30,136 nt of DNA from Actinomycetota bacterium (GCA_046727635.1 JBKPDA010000036.1:1-30136); one strand, 5' to 3'. Positions 21,595 to 30,136 are shown, counted from the stretch's first letter. Numbers and translations are program-made. The notes: generated by a model from the letters alone, not told the origin.

Positions 21595-23648
21595 GCCCCG
21601 ACGCCGTCGCCGCGAGGGCGCCCGCCCCGGCTACCGAACGCCTGGATCGGCTCTGCGTCGACACGATCCGCGCGCTCGCGATGGACGCCGTGGAGGCGGC
21701 GAGCTCGGGCCACCCCGGCATGCCGATGGCGATGGCCCCGGCCACCTACCTGCTGTACACGCGCTACCTCAAGCACAACCCGCGCGATCCCGCCTGGCCG
21801 GACCGCGATCGCTTCGTGCTGTCCGCAGGCCACGGCTCGATGCTGCTCTACGCCGTGCTTCACCTGTGCGGATACGACCTCTCGCTGACGGAGCTGAGGC
21901 GCTTTCGGCAGTGGGGGTCGCCCACGCCGGGTCACCCCGAGCGCATCCTCGGCGGGCGCGGCACGCCGGGAGTGGAGACCACCACGGGACCGCTCGGCCA
22001 GGGATTCGCCAACGGCGTGGGCACGGCCACGGCCGAGCGTTTCCTGCGGGAGCGCTACGGCGCCGAGGTGATGGACCACCGGGTGTTCGCGATCTGCTCG
22101 GACGGCGACCTGATGGAGGGCGTCGCCGCCGAGGCGGCGTCGCTCGCCGGGCATCTGGGCCTCGGGCGCCTCGTCTACCTCTATGACGACAACCACATCA
22201 CGATCGACGGCGACACCGCCCTCTCGTTCGCCACCGAGGACGTGGGCGCGCGCTTCCGTGCCTACGGCTGGCACGTGCAGGCGGTGGGCGACGCAAACGA
22301 TCTTGCCGCGCTGTCTCGGGCGCTCGAGGCGGCCATCGCCGAGGACGAGCGCCCCTCTCTCATCCGCGTGCGCTCGACCATCGCCTGGCCAGCGCCGAAC
22401 GCGCGGGGCACCTCGGCGGCGCACGGCGCGCCGCTCGGCGCCGAGGAGGTTCGGGCCACGAAGGACCTGCTCGGCCTCGATCCCGATCGCGAGTTCCACG
22501 TGCCGGAGGAGGTATACGAGGCGTTCCGCCCGTGCCTCGTCCGCGGCCATCAGCTCCAGAGCGCGTGGGAGGGGCGGGTCGAGCGCTGGCGAGCCGAGGA
22601 CCCCGCGCGCGCGGCCGAGTGGGAGCGGGCCTGGCAGGGACGCCCGGCCGACGGGCTCGCTAAAGCGCTCCCCGCGTTCGATCCCGCCGAGGCGGGAAAG
22701 CTCGCGACGCGAGCGGCCGGCGCGAAGGTGATGCAGGCGCTCGCCCCCTACGTGCCCACGATGCTGGGCGGCGCGGCGGACCTGGCGGAATCGACCAAGA
22801 CGGCGTTCAAGGGAGAGCCGAGCTTCAGCCGCGAGCGGGCCGGCCGCAACGTGCACTTCGGCGTCCGCGAGCACGCCATGGGGGCGATCGTGAACGGCAT
22901 GGCGCTGCACGGCGGGATCGTGAAGCCGTACGGCTCGACCTTCCTGATCTTCTCCGACTACATGCGCCCCGCGATCCGCCTCTCCGCTCTCATGCGCCTG
23001 CCCGTCGTGTGGGTCTTCTCGCACGACTCGATCGCCCTCGGCGAGGACGGCCCAACCCACCAGCCCGTCGAGCACTACGCCGCGCTGCGAGCGATCCCCG
23101 GCCTGACCGTGATCCGCCCGGCCGACGCAAACGAGACGGCCGAGGCATGGCGTGTCGCGCTCGAGGAGTGCAGCGGCCCGGTCTGCCTGCTGCTGACGCG
23201 GCAGGGCGTGCCCGTGATCGATCGCGCGCGGGCGCTGCCGGCAAGCGGGCTGGCGCGCGGCGCCTACGTGATCCGCGACGCCGCGCGCCCATGCGACGTG
23301 GTGATCGCTGCCACCGGCTCCGAAGTGGCGCTCGCGCTCGAGGCACAGAATGCGCTGAGCTCGGAGGGGATCGCCGCACGCGTCGTCTCGATGCCGTCCT
23401 GGGAGCTGCTCGAGACCCAGCCGGACGCGTACCGCGAGTCCCTGTTCCCCCCGGGAGTGCCGGTCGTCGCGGTGGAGGCCGGCGTCAGGCTCGGGTGGGA
23501 GCGCTTTGCGGAGCGCACGGTGTCCGTCGATCGCTTCGGCGCCTCGGCACCGGGGGAGGAGGTGCTCCGCCGCCTCGGCGTCACGAGCGAGGCCGTTACG
23601 ACAGCGGTACGCGAGCTCGCCTGTTGGCGCGGCGCGAAGAGCCCCTAG
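21591..23648 (+). CDS. tkt: Transketolase
   Basis: [30 protein letters not shown]...DDN TPP motif, [17 protein letters not shown]. Confidence 0.97.
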   Translation: MSPDAVAARAPAPATERLDRLCVDTIRALAMDAVEAASSGHPGMPMAMAPATYLLYTRYLKHNPRDPAWPDRDRFVLSAGHGSMLLYAVLHLCGYDLSLTELRRFRQWGSPTPGHPERILGGRGTPGVETTTGPLGQGFANGVGTATAERFLRERYGAEVMDHRVFAICSDGDLMEGVAAEAASLAGHLGLGRLVYLYDDNHITIDGDTALSFATEDVGARFRAYGWHVQAVGDANDLAALSRALEAAIAEDERPSLIRVRSTIAWPAPNARGTSAAHGAPLGAEEVRATKDLLGLDPDREFHVPEEVYEAFRPCLVRGHQLQSAWEGRVERWRAEDPARAAEWERAWQGRPADGLAKALPAFDPAEAGKLATRAAGAKVMQALAPYVPTMLGGAADLAESTKTAFKGEPSFSRERAGRNVHFGVREHAMGAIVNGMALHGGIVKPYGSTFLIFSDYMRPAIRLSALMRLPVVWVFSHDSIALGEDGPTHQPVEHYAALRAIPGLTVIRPADANETAEAWRVALEECSGPVCLLLTRQGVPVIDRARALPASGLARGAYVIRDAARPCDVVIAATGSEVALALEAQNALSSEGIAARVVSMPSWELLETQPDAYRESLFPPGVPVVAVEAGVRLGWERFAERTVSVDRFGASAPGEEVLRRLGVTSEAVTTAVRELACWRGAKSP

Positions 23649-23702
23649 CGCCGGACTCGTGCGATGGCCTCACCGTTCGCCTCGCTATCGTTGGTCGCGC
23701 CC

Positions 23703-24710
23703 ATGACCGAGCGAAGCGCGCTTCTCGGCACGGACGTCCAGTCCCGGCGGCCCTCAACCCCCTTGAGCCTCTCGCGGGTGGGCGTGAGGGGCGTCGAGAA
23801 GGTTGTCCGGGTTCGCTCGAACGGGGCCGAGCGGCTCTTCTACGCCGAGCTCGAATGCTTCGTCGACCTTGGAGCCGAGCAGAAGGGCGCGCACATGTCG
23901 CGCTTCGAGGAGGTCGTCAACGAGGCGATCGACGAGGTCATCATCGGTGAGGCAGCCTTCAAGGCTGAGACGCTCGCCTCGCACATCGCCGAGCGCGTGC
24001 GGGATCGGCAGGATGGGCGCCGCGCCGAGGTCACGATCGCCGCGCGCTATCCGGAGCACAAGCCCGCCCCGGTGTCCGGTCTGCCGACCCAGGAGATCTA
24101 CACGCTGTTCGGGTCGGCGGTGGCGTCGGCCCGCGGGACCCGCCGGCTGGTCGGCGTGGAGGCGCAGGGGATGACCGCCTGCCCCTGCGCGCAGGAACTC
24201 GTGATGGAGCGCTCGCAGCACCGGCTGCGCGACGAGGGCTTCACCGAAGACAAGATCGCCCGCGTGCTCGAGGCCGTTCCGGTCGCGACCCACAACCAAC
24301 GCGGCATCGGGACGCTCCACGTCGGCTGCCCGGAGGGCTGCACCGAGCCGCTCGAGGCGGAGACCCTACTCGACATCGTCGAGACGGCGATGAGCTCCGA
24401 GATCTACGAGCTGATGAAGCGCTCGGACGAGGTCGAGGTCGTCGAGAAGGCGCACATGAACCCGCGCTTCGTGGAGGACTGCGTACGCGAGATGATCCGC
24501 ATGGCGACCGAGCGCTTCGGTTACCTCGGCGACGATGCGTTCGTCTCCGCCCGCCAGGAGAACCTGGAGACGATCCACAACCACAGCGTGGTGGCCGAGC
24601 GCCAGGGGCTGCTCGGTGATCTCCGCCGCGAAGTCGACTTCGGCGAGCGGGTGCGCCACGACGTGACGAGGCGCGAGTGGCTCGACGACGTTCCCAGTCA
24701 CGAGGCCTAG
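23703..24710 (+). CDS. mptA: GTP cyclohydrolase, FolE2/MptA family, archaeal MptA-like (alternative start 23664)
   Basis: DVQ, RVGV, FVDL...KGAHMSR, GMTACPCAQ plus helical insert plus ATHNQRG, NPRFVEDCVR, ETIHNH. Confidence 0.85.
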   Translation: MTERSALLGTDVQSRRPSTPLSLSRVGVRGVEKVVRVRSNGAERLFYAELECFVDLGAEQKGAHMSRFEEVVNEAIDEVIIGEAAFKAETLASHIAERVRDRQDGRRAEVTIAARYPEHKPAPVSGLPTQEIYTLFGSAVASARGTRRLVGVEAQGMTACPCAQELVMERSQHRLRDEGFTEDKIARVLEAVPVATHNQRGIGTLHVGCPEGCTEPLEAETLLDIVETAMSSEIYELMKRSDEVEVVEKAHMNPRFVEDCVREMIRMATERFGYLGDDAFVSARQENLETIHNHSVVAERQGLLGDLRREVDFGERVRHDVTRREWLDDVPSHEA

Positions 24711-24717
24711 GGACACC

Positions 24718-25542
24718 GTGCTCGGAGGCCTATCGGACACTATGCCCGCGAGTCGCAGCTTCTGGCCCACCTTCTTCTCCCGGATCGTGGCGCGTCTGCA
24801 GTGGAATCCAATGGCCATCGACCTAACCCCGGATGCCCGCGCGTGGCCCGGCCTCCCGGAGGAGCGCCGCCGCCGCCTCACCACGCTCCTCGCCGGCTTC
24901 TGCGTGGCCGAGGACGCCGTCTCGGAGCACCTCGAGCCGTTCGACGCTGTCGCCAGGAGCTCGTCGCTCGCCTCCGCGGAGACCTTGATGGCCTGGGTCC
25001 TCTTCCTGCAGCGCCGCGACGAGCAACGCCACGCGCTGATCTTCGACCGTATCGCCGCCGAGGTGCTCGGGCTGCCCGGCGCGACCCCGGCCGAGCGGCG
25101 CGCCGCCGCCCGAGCCCACGTCCCCGCCGCCGTGCTCGAGCTCTTCGAGGAGCGCCTCCCCGCGCTGGCCGCCGAGCTCGCGGCGGGCCGTAGGGGACTG
25201 GGCGAAGGCGTTAGCCTGTACCACATGGTGCTCGAGGGGGTCGTCTTCGAGGCCGGGCAACATACGCTGCTCGACGACCTGGCCGATGGCGTCCTGCCCG
25301 GGGTGCGCGAGGCTGTGAGGCGCGTCGAGCTCGACGAGCGCTGGCACATCGGCTTCGGCCTGCGCTGTCTGATCGAGGCCGAGCCCTCCCAAGACCTCAT
25401 CGACGACCTACTGGCGCGTGGCGAGGACGCCGCCGCCGCCTGGGGCGACGCCGTCCCCCCCGCCACGCGCGAGCGCGCCGCGGACATGTGTCACCATCGG
25501 CTGTCGGCGGTCGGGCTCATCGCGCCGCGCGCAGCGGCGTAG
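24718..25542 (+). CDS. R2-like ligand-binding oxidase (R2lox), ferritin-like dimetal protein (alternative start ATG 24742)
   Basis: WNPMAIDLTPDARAW N-terminus; ligand set AEDAV, DEQRH, YHMVLEG, DERWH. Confidence 0.8.
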   Translation: MLGGLSDTMPASRSFWPTFFSRIVARLQWNPMAIDLTPDARAWPGLPEERRRRLTTLLAGFCVAEDAVSEHLEPFDAVARSSSLASAETLMAWVLFLQRRDEQRHALIFDRIAAEVLGLPGATPAERRAAARAHVPAAVLELFEERLPALAAELAAGRRGLGEGVSLYHMVLEGVVFEAGQHTLLDDLADGVLPGVREAVRRVELDERWHIGFGLRCLIEAEPSQDLIDDLLARGEDAAAAWGDAVPPATRERAADMCHHRLSAVGLIAPRAAA

Positions 25543-25560
25543 CCGGTCCTCGAGGCCAAG

Positions 25561-26682
25561 CTAGCCGGCTCTGAGGCGCACCGGCCGCTTCATCGTGCGA
25601 TAGACGAGCTCGTCCGTCTGCGCCGACTCGCGTGCCGAGACCACGCGGTCGTGGTGCGCCGAGAACCGGCAGACCGGGTCCGTGGCCGCCGGGTCGCCGG
25701 TGAGCCGCAGCGCCTGGCAGCGGCACCCGCCGAAGTCCACCTCCTGTCGTCCGAGCGGGCACGTCCGGCATGGCTCCTGCATCCACCCGGTGCCGCGGAA
25801 GCGCGTGAACGCGTCGGACTCGCTCCAGATCCACTCCAGCGGATGCTCGCGGACGTTGGCGAACTCGAGCCCAGGGATCGTCGACGCCGCCTGGCAGGGC
25901 AACACATCGCCGTTCGGAGCCACCACGATCGCTGTCCGGCCCCAGCCGCCCATGCAGGGCTTCGGCAGGTCCTCATAGAAGTCGGGGAGCACCCAGAGGA
26001 CGTCGACCCTCGGGCCCACCCGCTCACGGAAGCGCTGGACCGCTTCCTCCGCGCGGCGGAGCTGCTCCCAAGATGGCATCAGCGCCTGCTGGTTTGGCAC
26101 CGCCCAGCCGTAGTACTGCGTGTTGGCGAGCTCGAGCCGCTGCGCCCCTAGATCGAGTGCGAGATCGAGCAGCTCCTCGATCCGGTCGAGGTTATTGCGG
26201 TGCAGGACGCAGTTGATCGTCAGCGGGAAATCGAGCTCCCTCGCGAAGCGGGCAGCCGCGATCTTCTTCTCGAACGATGTGTTTCCGGCGATGCGGTCGT
26301 TCTCCTCGGCGTTCGGGCTCTGGATCGAGATCTGCACGTGGTCGAGCCCGGCCGACTTCAGCTCCTCCGCGCGCTTGCGCGTGAAGTGAACCCCGGCCGT
26401 GATGAGCGACGAGTAGAGGCCGGCGTCGCGTGCACCCGCGCAGAGCTCGAGCAGGTCGCGGCGCAGCATCGGCTCGCCGCCCGTGAGCGCGAGCTGGAGA
26501 ACGCCGAGGGCGCGCGCTTCGCGGAAGGTGCGGGTCCAGTGCTCGGTCTCGAGCTCCAGGCGGTACTTCTCGGCGCCGATGTCGAGCGGGTTCGAGCAGT
26601 AAGGGCAATGGAGCGGACACCGGTAGGAGAGCTCGGCGATCAGCATCGACGGCCTGAGCAGGCTAGGCTGCTGCATCGACAA
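25561..26682 (-). CDS. pqqE: PqqE radical SAM peptide cyclase (likely ATG 26676)
   Basis: AELSYRCPLHCPYCSNP (CxxxCxxC), ELANTQYYGWA, KPCMGGWG, SPASM cysteines CRTC...DFGGCRCQA. Confidence 0.96.
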   Translation of the reverse strand: MSMQQPSLLRPSMLIAELSYRCPLHCPYCSNPLDIGAEKYRLELETEHWTRTFREARALGVLQLALTGGEPMLRRDLLELCAGARDAGLYSSLITAGVHFTRKRAEELKSAGLDHVQISIQSPNAEENDRIAGNTSFEKKIAAARFARELDFPLTINCVLHRNNLDRIEELLDLALDLGAQRLELANTQYYGWAVPNQQALMPSWEQLRRAEEAVQRFRERVGPRVDVLWVLPDFYEDLPKPCMGGWGRTAIVVAPNGDVLPCQAASTIPGLEFANVREHPLEWIWSESDAFTRFRGTGWMQEPCRTCPLGRQEVDFGGCRCQALRLTGDPAATDPVCRFSAHHDRVVSARESAQTDELVYRTMKRPVRLRAG

Positions 26683-26926
26683 CGAGTCCTCTCTGGGTCA
26701 TGCCGTCGACGAGCGCTTCGACGTCCCTGCGTAGATCGGAGCCCTCGTACCGCGCCGAGAGGGCGCCGACGATGTCGTCGAGCGAGCGCTCCCCGTCGCA
26801 TAGCTCGAGCACCTCTGCCGCGGTGCTATTGAGCCGCACGACGCCCTCGGGGACCAGCAGCACATGCTCCTCGCGCACCTCGTCATAGCGAAGGCGCGCG
26901 CCGGTGACGAGGCGTGGTCGCGTCAC
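26663..26926 (-). CDS. pqqD: PqqD peptide chaperone
   Basis: GTG 26926: MTRPRL...RYDEVREEHVLLVPEGVVRLNSTAAEVLELCDGERSLDDIV; overlaps the pqqC stop. Confidence 0.93.
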   Translation of the reverse strand: MTRPRLVTGARLRYDEVREEHVLLVPEGVVRLNSTAAEVLELCDGERSLDDIVGALSARYEGSDLRRDVEALVDGMTQRGLVVDAAA

Positions 26927-27663
26927 GGCTCCGGCCCCGGCGGCTGCGTGTCGCCGCGCTCGATGGCGTCGAGCTGCGCCCACAGCATCTCCGTCTTGAA
27001 GCGGAGCGCCGCAACGGCAGCTTCTTGCTGCTCCCGCGTTCGGCAGCGCTCGACCGTGAGGTCGAGTGCGTACTGTGCGTCGCGTGGGGCCTTGACCAGC
27101 CGTGCACGGAAGTACTCGAGCGCGGCGGGATCGATCCACTCGTAGTTACGCTCGAGCGCCTCGAGTCGCACACGAATCGCCGCCGGCCCGAACAACTCAG
27201 TGAGCGATGACGCGACCGCCTCGATCCACGGCCTCCGGCGCGCGAAGTCCACGTAGGCGTCAACCGCGTAGCGCACCGCGGGAAGCACGCGCCGCTCCGA
27301 CAGCAGCTCTTCTCGTGAGACGCCGAGCGCCTCGCCGAGCCGCAGCCACGACTCGATGCCCCCCGTTCGGCCGGTCGTGCCGTCGTGGTCGATGATGCGT
27401 CGTATCCACACACGCCGGACCTCGACCTCGGGGCAGTTCGCCAGGATCGCCGCGTCCTTCAACGGGATGCACTTCTGGTAGTAGAAGCGGTTCGCAACCC
27501 AGCGCTGCAGCTCCTCGCGGGTGAGCTCGCCCGCGTCCATCCGTCTGTGGAAGGGGTGGAGGTTGTGGTAGCGCGTCCCCTGCACGCGCAGGTGCGCGAT
27601 GAACTCCTCGGGCGGCCACGACGGCACGCTCTCAGCCGTCCGTATCCCGGCACTCGTGGTCAT
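26923..27663 (-). CDS. pqqC: Pyrroloquinoline-quinone synthase PqqC
   Basis: RYHNLHPFH, WVANRFYYQ..IPLKDAAI, RIIDHDG, SSLTELF, FKTEMLWAQLDA; ATG 27663 overlaps the pqqB stop. Confidence 0.96.
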   Translation of the reverse strand: MTTSAGIRTAESVPSWPPEEFIAHLRVQGTRYHNLHPFHRRMDAGELTREELQRWVANRFYYQKCIPLKDAAILANCPEVEVRRVWIRRIIDHDGTTGRTGGIESWLRLGEALGVSREELLSERRVLPAVRYAVDAYVDFARRRPWIEAVASSLTELFGPAAIRVRLEALERNYEWIDPAALEYFRARLVKAPRDAQYALDLTVERCRTREQQEAAVAALRFKTEMLWAQLDAIERGDTQPPGPEP

Positions 27664-28514
27664 AGCGGGATCTCGAGGCCATCGTACGCAACTTCGACGC
27701 CCGCCCCGAGGACCGCCTTCCGCTCGGGGGAGTCCTCGAGCAGGATCGGATTCGTGTTGTTGATGTGGACGAGCACCTTGCGCGGTCGACGAAGCCGCGC
27801 AAGCGCTTCGAGCGTTCCGCCCGGCCCCGAGAGCGGCACGTGCCCCATCTCGCGCGCGCTGCGCGTCGAGATGCCGAGCCGGGCCAGCTCGTCGTCGCGC
27901 CAGAAGGTCCCGTCGACGAGCGCGACGTCGCTGCTGGCCAACAGGGAGAGAACGCCGTCGTCCAATCGGGCAAGGCCGGGGGCGTAGGTCACGACGCCGC
28001 CACCCGCGCGGTCCCGGAAGACGAACCCGCTCGCCTGGTCGTCCCCCGCCTGGAAGGACTCGACGACGAGGCTCGAATCCTCGAGCGCCCTCGTGCGCCC
28101 GGGCTCGAGCGCCTGCCAGTCGACGCCGCAGAAGCGCGCCAGCATGCGCAGCACGGTCGCGCTCAACGCGCGTTCGACGCCCGCATCGCCGAAGACGCGC
28201 ACCGGCGTAGCCGACTCGCGCAGCAGCAGCAGACCCGCCGTGTGGTCGATCTCGGCGTCCGTCAGCAGGACGCCGGCGATCGGTGGCGCGCGGACGCCGT
28301 CGACACGACGGGGTGTGAGCGTCTCGAGCTGCTGACGCGCGTCCGGCGAGGCGTTTACGAGAAACCATGGCCCCTCGGCACCCCGGATCGCCAGCGACGA
28401 CTGCGTACGAGGCCGCGCCCTTACGCCCTTGCGGGCGGCCTCGCATGTCTCGCAATGGCAGTTCCACTGCGGAAACCCGCCGCCCGCGGCCGAACCGAGA
28501 ACGTGTACGCGCAC
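27660..28514 (-). CDS. pqqB: PqqB (metallo-beta-lactamase fold)
   Basis: VLGSAAGGGFPQWNCHCETC, RTQSS, LVNASPD, LTDAEIDHTAGLLLLRE, DGTFW, HINNTNP. Confidence 0.96.
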   Translation of the reverse strand: MRVHVLGSAAGGGFPQWNCHCETCEAARKGVRARPRTQSSLAIRGAEGPWFLVNASPDARQQLETLTPRRVDGVRAPPIAGVLLTDAEIDHTAGLLLLRESATPVRVFGDAGVERALSATVLRMLARFCGVDWQALEPGRTRALEDSSLVVESFQAGDDQASGFVFRDRAGGGVVTYAPGLARLDDGVLSLLASSDVALVDGTFWRDDELARLGISTRSAREMGHVPLSGPGGTLEALARLRRPRKVLVHINNTNPILLEDSPERKAVLGAGVEVAYDGLEIPL

Positions 28515-28529
28515 TTCACAGAGGAACGG

Positions 28530-28563
28530 GACGTGGCCTCGGGCTAGCGCCGAAGGCCACGTC
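28530..28563. other. Stem-loop between pqqA and pqqB
   Basis: GACGTGGCCT (28530-28539) pairs with AGGCCACGTC (28554-28563), with an inner CGG/CCG extension. Confidence 0.7.
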
Positions 28564-28574
28564 GAAGTGCTGTC

Positions 28575-28712
28575 CTACCGGCGGTTGTACAGGTACATCG
28601 TGACTTCGCAACAGAGGTCGTCGAAGTCAAACACCGGCTTGATCCACGTATGACGGCTCTCTGTTGGAGCGGAGATGATCTCCGAGTCGAATTCGGCCTT
28701 CGTCCAAGTCAT
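28575..28712 (-). CDS. pqqA: PQQ precursor peptide PqqA, 45 aa (not in the ORF track)
   Basis: AGGGAGG RBS; MTWTKAEFDSEIISAPTESRHTWIKPVFDFDDLCCEVTMYLYNRR-stop; ExxxY core (EVTMY); directly upstream of pqqB. Confidence 0.92.
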   Translation of the reverse strand: MTWTKAEFDSEIISAPTESRHTWIKPVFDFDDLCCEVTMYLYNRR

Positions 28713-28746
28713 GGAACCCTCCCTATCGATCTACGTTGACGAACCA

Positions 28747-29244
28747 TCAACCCAGCAGCACGAACCCAGCGGTCGCCAGCAGCAAATCGGCTCCGGCGAC
28801 CCGGACGGCGGCGGTGCGGCGGGCCAGCACCGGGAGCACGCGCGGGACCATGCCCGCCGCGACCAGCCCGACGAACGCCAGCAGCGAGCTCGACAGCGCG
28901 AAGCCCGCGGCCTGGCCGAGAAGCCAACCGGCCGAATGGTCGCCCGCGGCGCCATAGGCGAGGTTGTCGAGCGTCAACGCCAATGGCAGCACCCACACCG
29001 AGAGCTCAGCGAGTCGCTGCATGCTGGCGGCGACGACGAGCAGCCAGACGCCCAAGCCGGCCATCATCACGATCTGGGGCACCTCGGTCGAGAGCCGCCA
29101 GCCGACGCCCGCCCCGATCAGCAGTGCGGCTGCGTCGGCTACGCCGAAGGCCGCGGCGAAGGGCAGACGCCACCGTCTGTCGACGATCGCGCCAATGGCC
29201 ACGCAAGCGATCAGGCTGTCCAGACCTAGAAGCAAGAATCCCAT
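28747..29244 (-). CDS. Polytopic membrane protein, MntP/YtaF-like
   Basis: GGAG RBS before ATG 29244; almost entirely hydrophobic; two Asp motifs in repeated halves, LGLDSL and LTLDNLAYG. Confidence 0.6.
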   Translation of the reverse strand: MGFLLLGLDSLIACVAIGAIVDRRWRLPFAAAFGVADAAALLIGAGVGWRLSTEVPQIVMMAGLGVWLLVVAASMQRLAELSVWVLPLALTLDNLAYGAAGDHSAGWLLGQAAGFALSSSLLAFVGLVAAGMVPRVLPVLARRTAAVRVAGADLLLATAGFVLLG

Positions 29245-29313
29245 TTTCAACTCCAGACTCTGATTAGTGAGCTTGTCGTTGTTGCCACTCCAAACACGAT
29301 GGGAACGGCAGCG

Positions 29314-30136
29314 CTATTCCGGGAGCGCGAATGCGAACAGCGCGCTTCCGTGCGACGACCCGAGCATCTTGGGCAGGAATCCTTCAGCCCAACCGCCCCA
29401 GCCGCTCGGCGCCACGACGTACTGCCGTCCGTCGATGCTGTAGCTCGACGGGCTGCTGTGGTGGCCACTGCCGCACTGGAACTGCCACAGCAGGTCTCCG
29501 GAGTTGGCGTCCCACGCGTTGAACTCCCCGGTCGGCTCGCCGCCGAACACGAGGTCGCCGCCCGTGGCCAGCAGCGACGAGCACATGCACAGGTCGTTGG
29601 TCCAGCGCCACCGCTCCTGGCCGGTGCGCGGATCGTAGGCGCTCACGTACCCGCTCTGGTCATCGCCGTCCACAGCGACACCGGCACCCCAGTAGGGGAT
29701 GCTCTCCTTGAACTCCCTGCGCCGCCGCGTGGCCGTCGCGCCGACGTCCTGCACCGGGACGTAGAGGAGCTCCGCCTTCGGGCTGTAGCACGCGTGCGTC
29801 CATTCCTTGGCGCCGGCCGGACCCGGCCAGAAGTGCACCGGGTCGCCCTCCTTGTCGGGGTAGACCTTCGGCGTCACGTTGCCCTTCTCGTCGACCTCGC
29901 CCCAGTCGATGCGGTCCACGAACGGCGCCACCCGGACCGCCGACATGTCCGTGCGGTCGAGGATGTAGAGGAACCCGTTCTTGTCGAAGTGGGCCGCCAG
30001 CTTCTGCCCGTCGAGATCGAACAGGATGTGCTCCATCACGGAGTCGTAGTCCCACAGGTCGTGCGGCGTGTACTGGAAGTGCGCCTTGATTTCGCCGCTG
30101 TCGGCGTCCACGGCGACACCCGAATCGGTGTAGAGG
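29314..30136 (-). CDS. PQQ-dependent dehydrogenase, methanol/ethanol family, C-terminal part; runs off the right edge
   Basis: Frame open to the edge: LYTDSGVAVDADSGEIKAHFQYTPHDLWDYDSVME, HFDKNGFLYILDR, Trp-docking repeats (GQERWRW, GDLLWQF), GRQYVVAPSGWGG. No CxxCH heme domain at the C-terminus. Confidence 0.93.
   Translation of the reverse strand, partial: LYTDSGVAVDADSGEIKAHFQYTPHDLWDYDSVMEHILFDLDGQKLAAHFDKNGFLYILDRTDMSAVRVAPFVDRIDWGEVDEKGNVTPKVYPDKEGDPVHFWPGPAGAKEWTHACYSPKAELLYVPVQDVGATATRRRREFKESIPYWGAGVAVDGDDQSGYVSAYDPRTGQERWRWTNDLCMCSSLLATGGDLVFGGEPTGEFNAWDANSGDLLWQFQCGSGHHSSPSSYSIDGRQYVVAPSGWGGWAEGFLPKMLGSSHGSALFAFALPE

Noticed and set aside
22015-22040. Transketolase GVGTATAE instead of the usual GVGMA(M/I)AE
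   Set aside because: Substitutions outside the catalytic and TPP motifs; all key motifs are intact, so there is no reason to call it defective.
29314-30136. Naming the dehydrogenase xoxF, mxaF or pedH
   Set aside because: Only the C-terminal ~270 aa are visible and the tail matches none of them as I recall, so the substrate cannot be assigned.

Overview
Very GC-rich DNA, probably from an actinobacterium. The conserved hypothetical proteins, TANNNT leaderless starts and form IE-like RuBisCO suggest Thermoleophilia/Solirubrobacterales; this taxonomy is inference. The left half (1-15.3 kb) is accessory content: an SDR fragment, a cupin, a hidden AAC(2')-type acetyltransferase pseudogene, a LacI-controlled fructose-type ABC importer plus PfkB kinase, a DHA2 efflux pump, two SAM methyltransferases flanking a highly structured ~140-nt intergenic element, a Tat-exported Asp-box protein, and a two-component system whose response regulator is 5'-truncated. 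The right half (15.4-30.1 kb) holds two converging gene runs. On +: glpX, class I fba, cbbL, cbbS, cbbX, prk, tkt, an archaeal-type MptA GTP cyclohydrolase and an R2-like ligand-binding oxidase. On -: a PQQ alcohol dehydrogenase with the lanthanide-type WDYD motif (cut by the window edge), an MntP-like membrane protein, pqqA (45 aa, missed by the ORF track) and pqqBCDE. The main candidate system is a PQQ (possibly lanthanide-dependent) alcohol or C1 oxidation module physically linked to Calvin-cycle CO2 fixation, a pterin enzyme and an orphan dimetal oxidase. No database searches were run; family calls rest on motif recognition.
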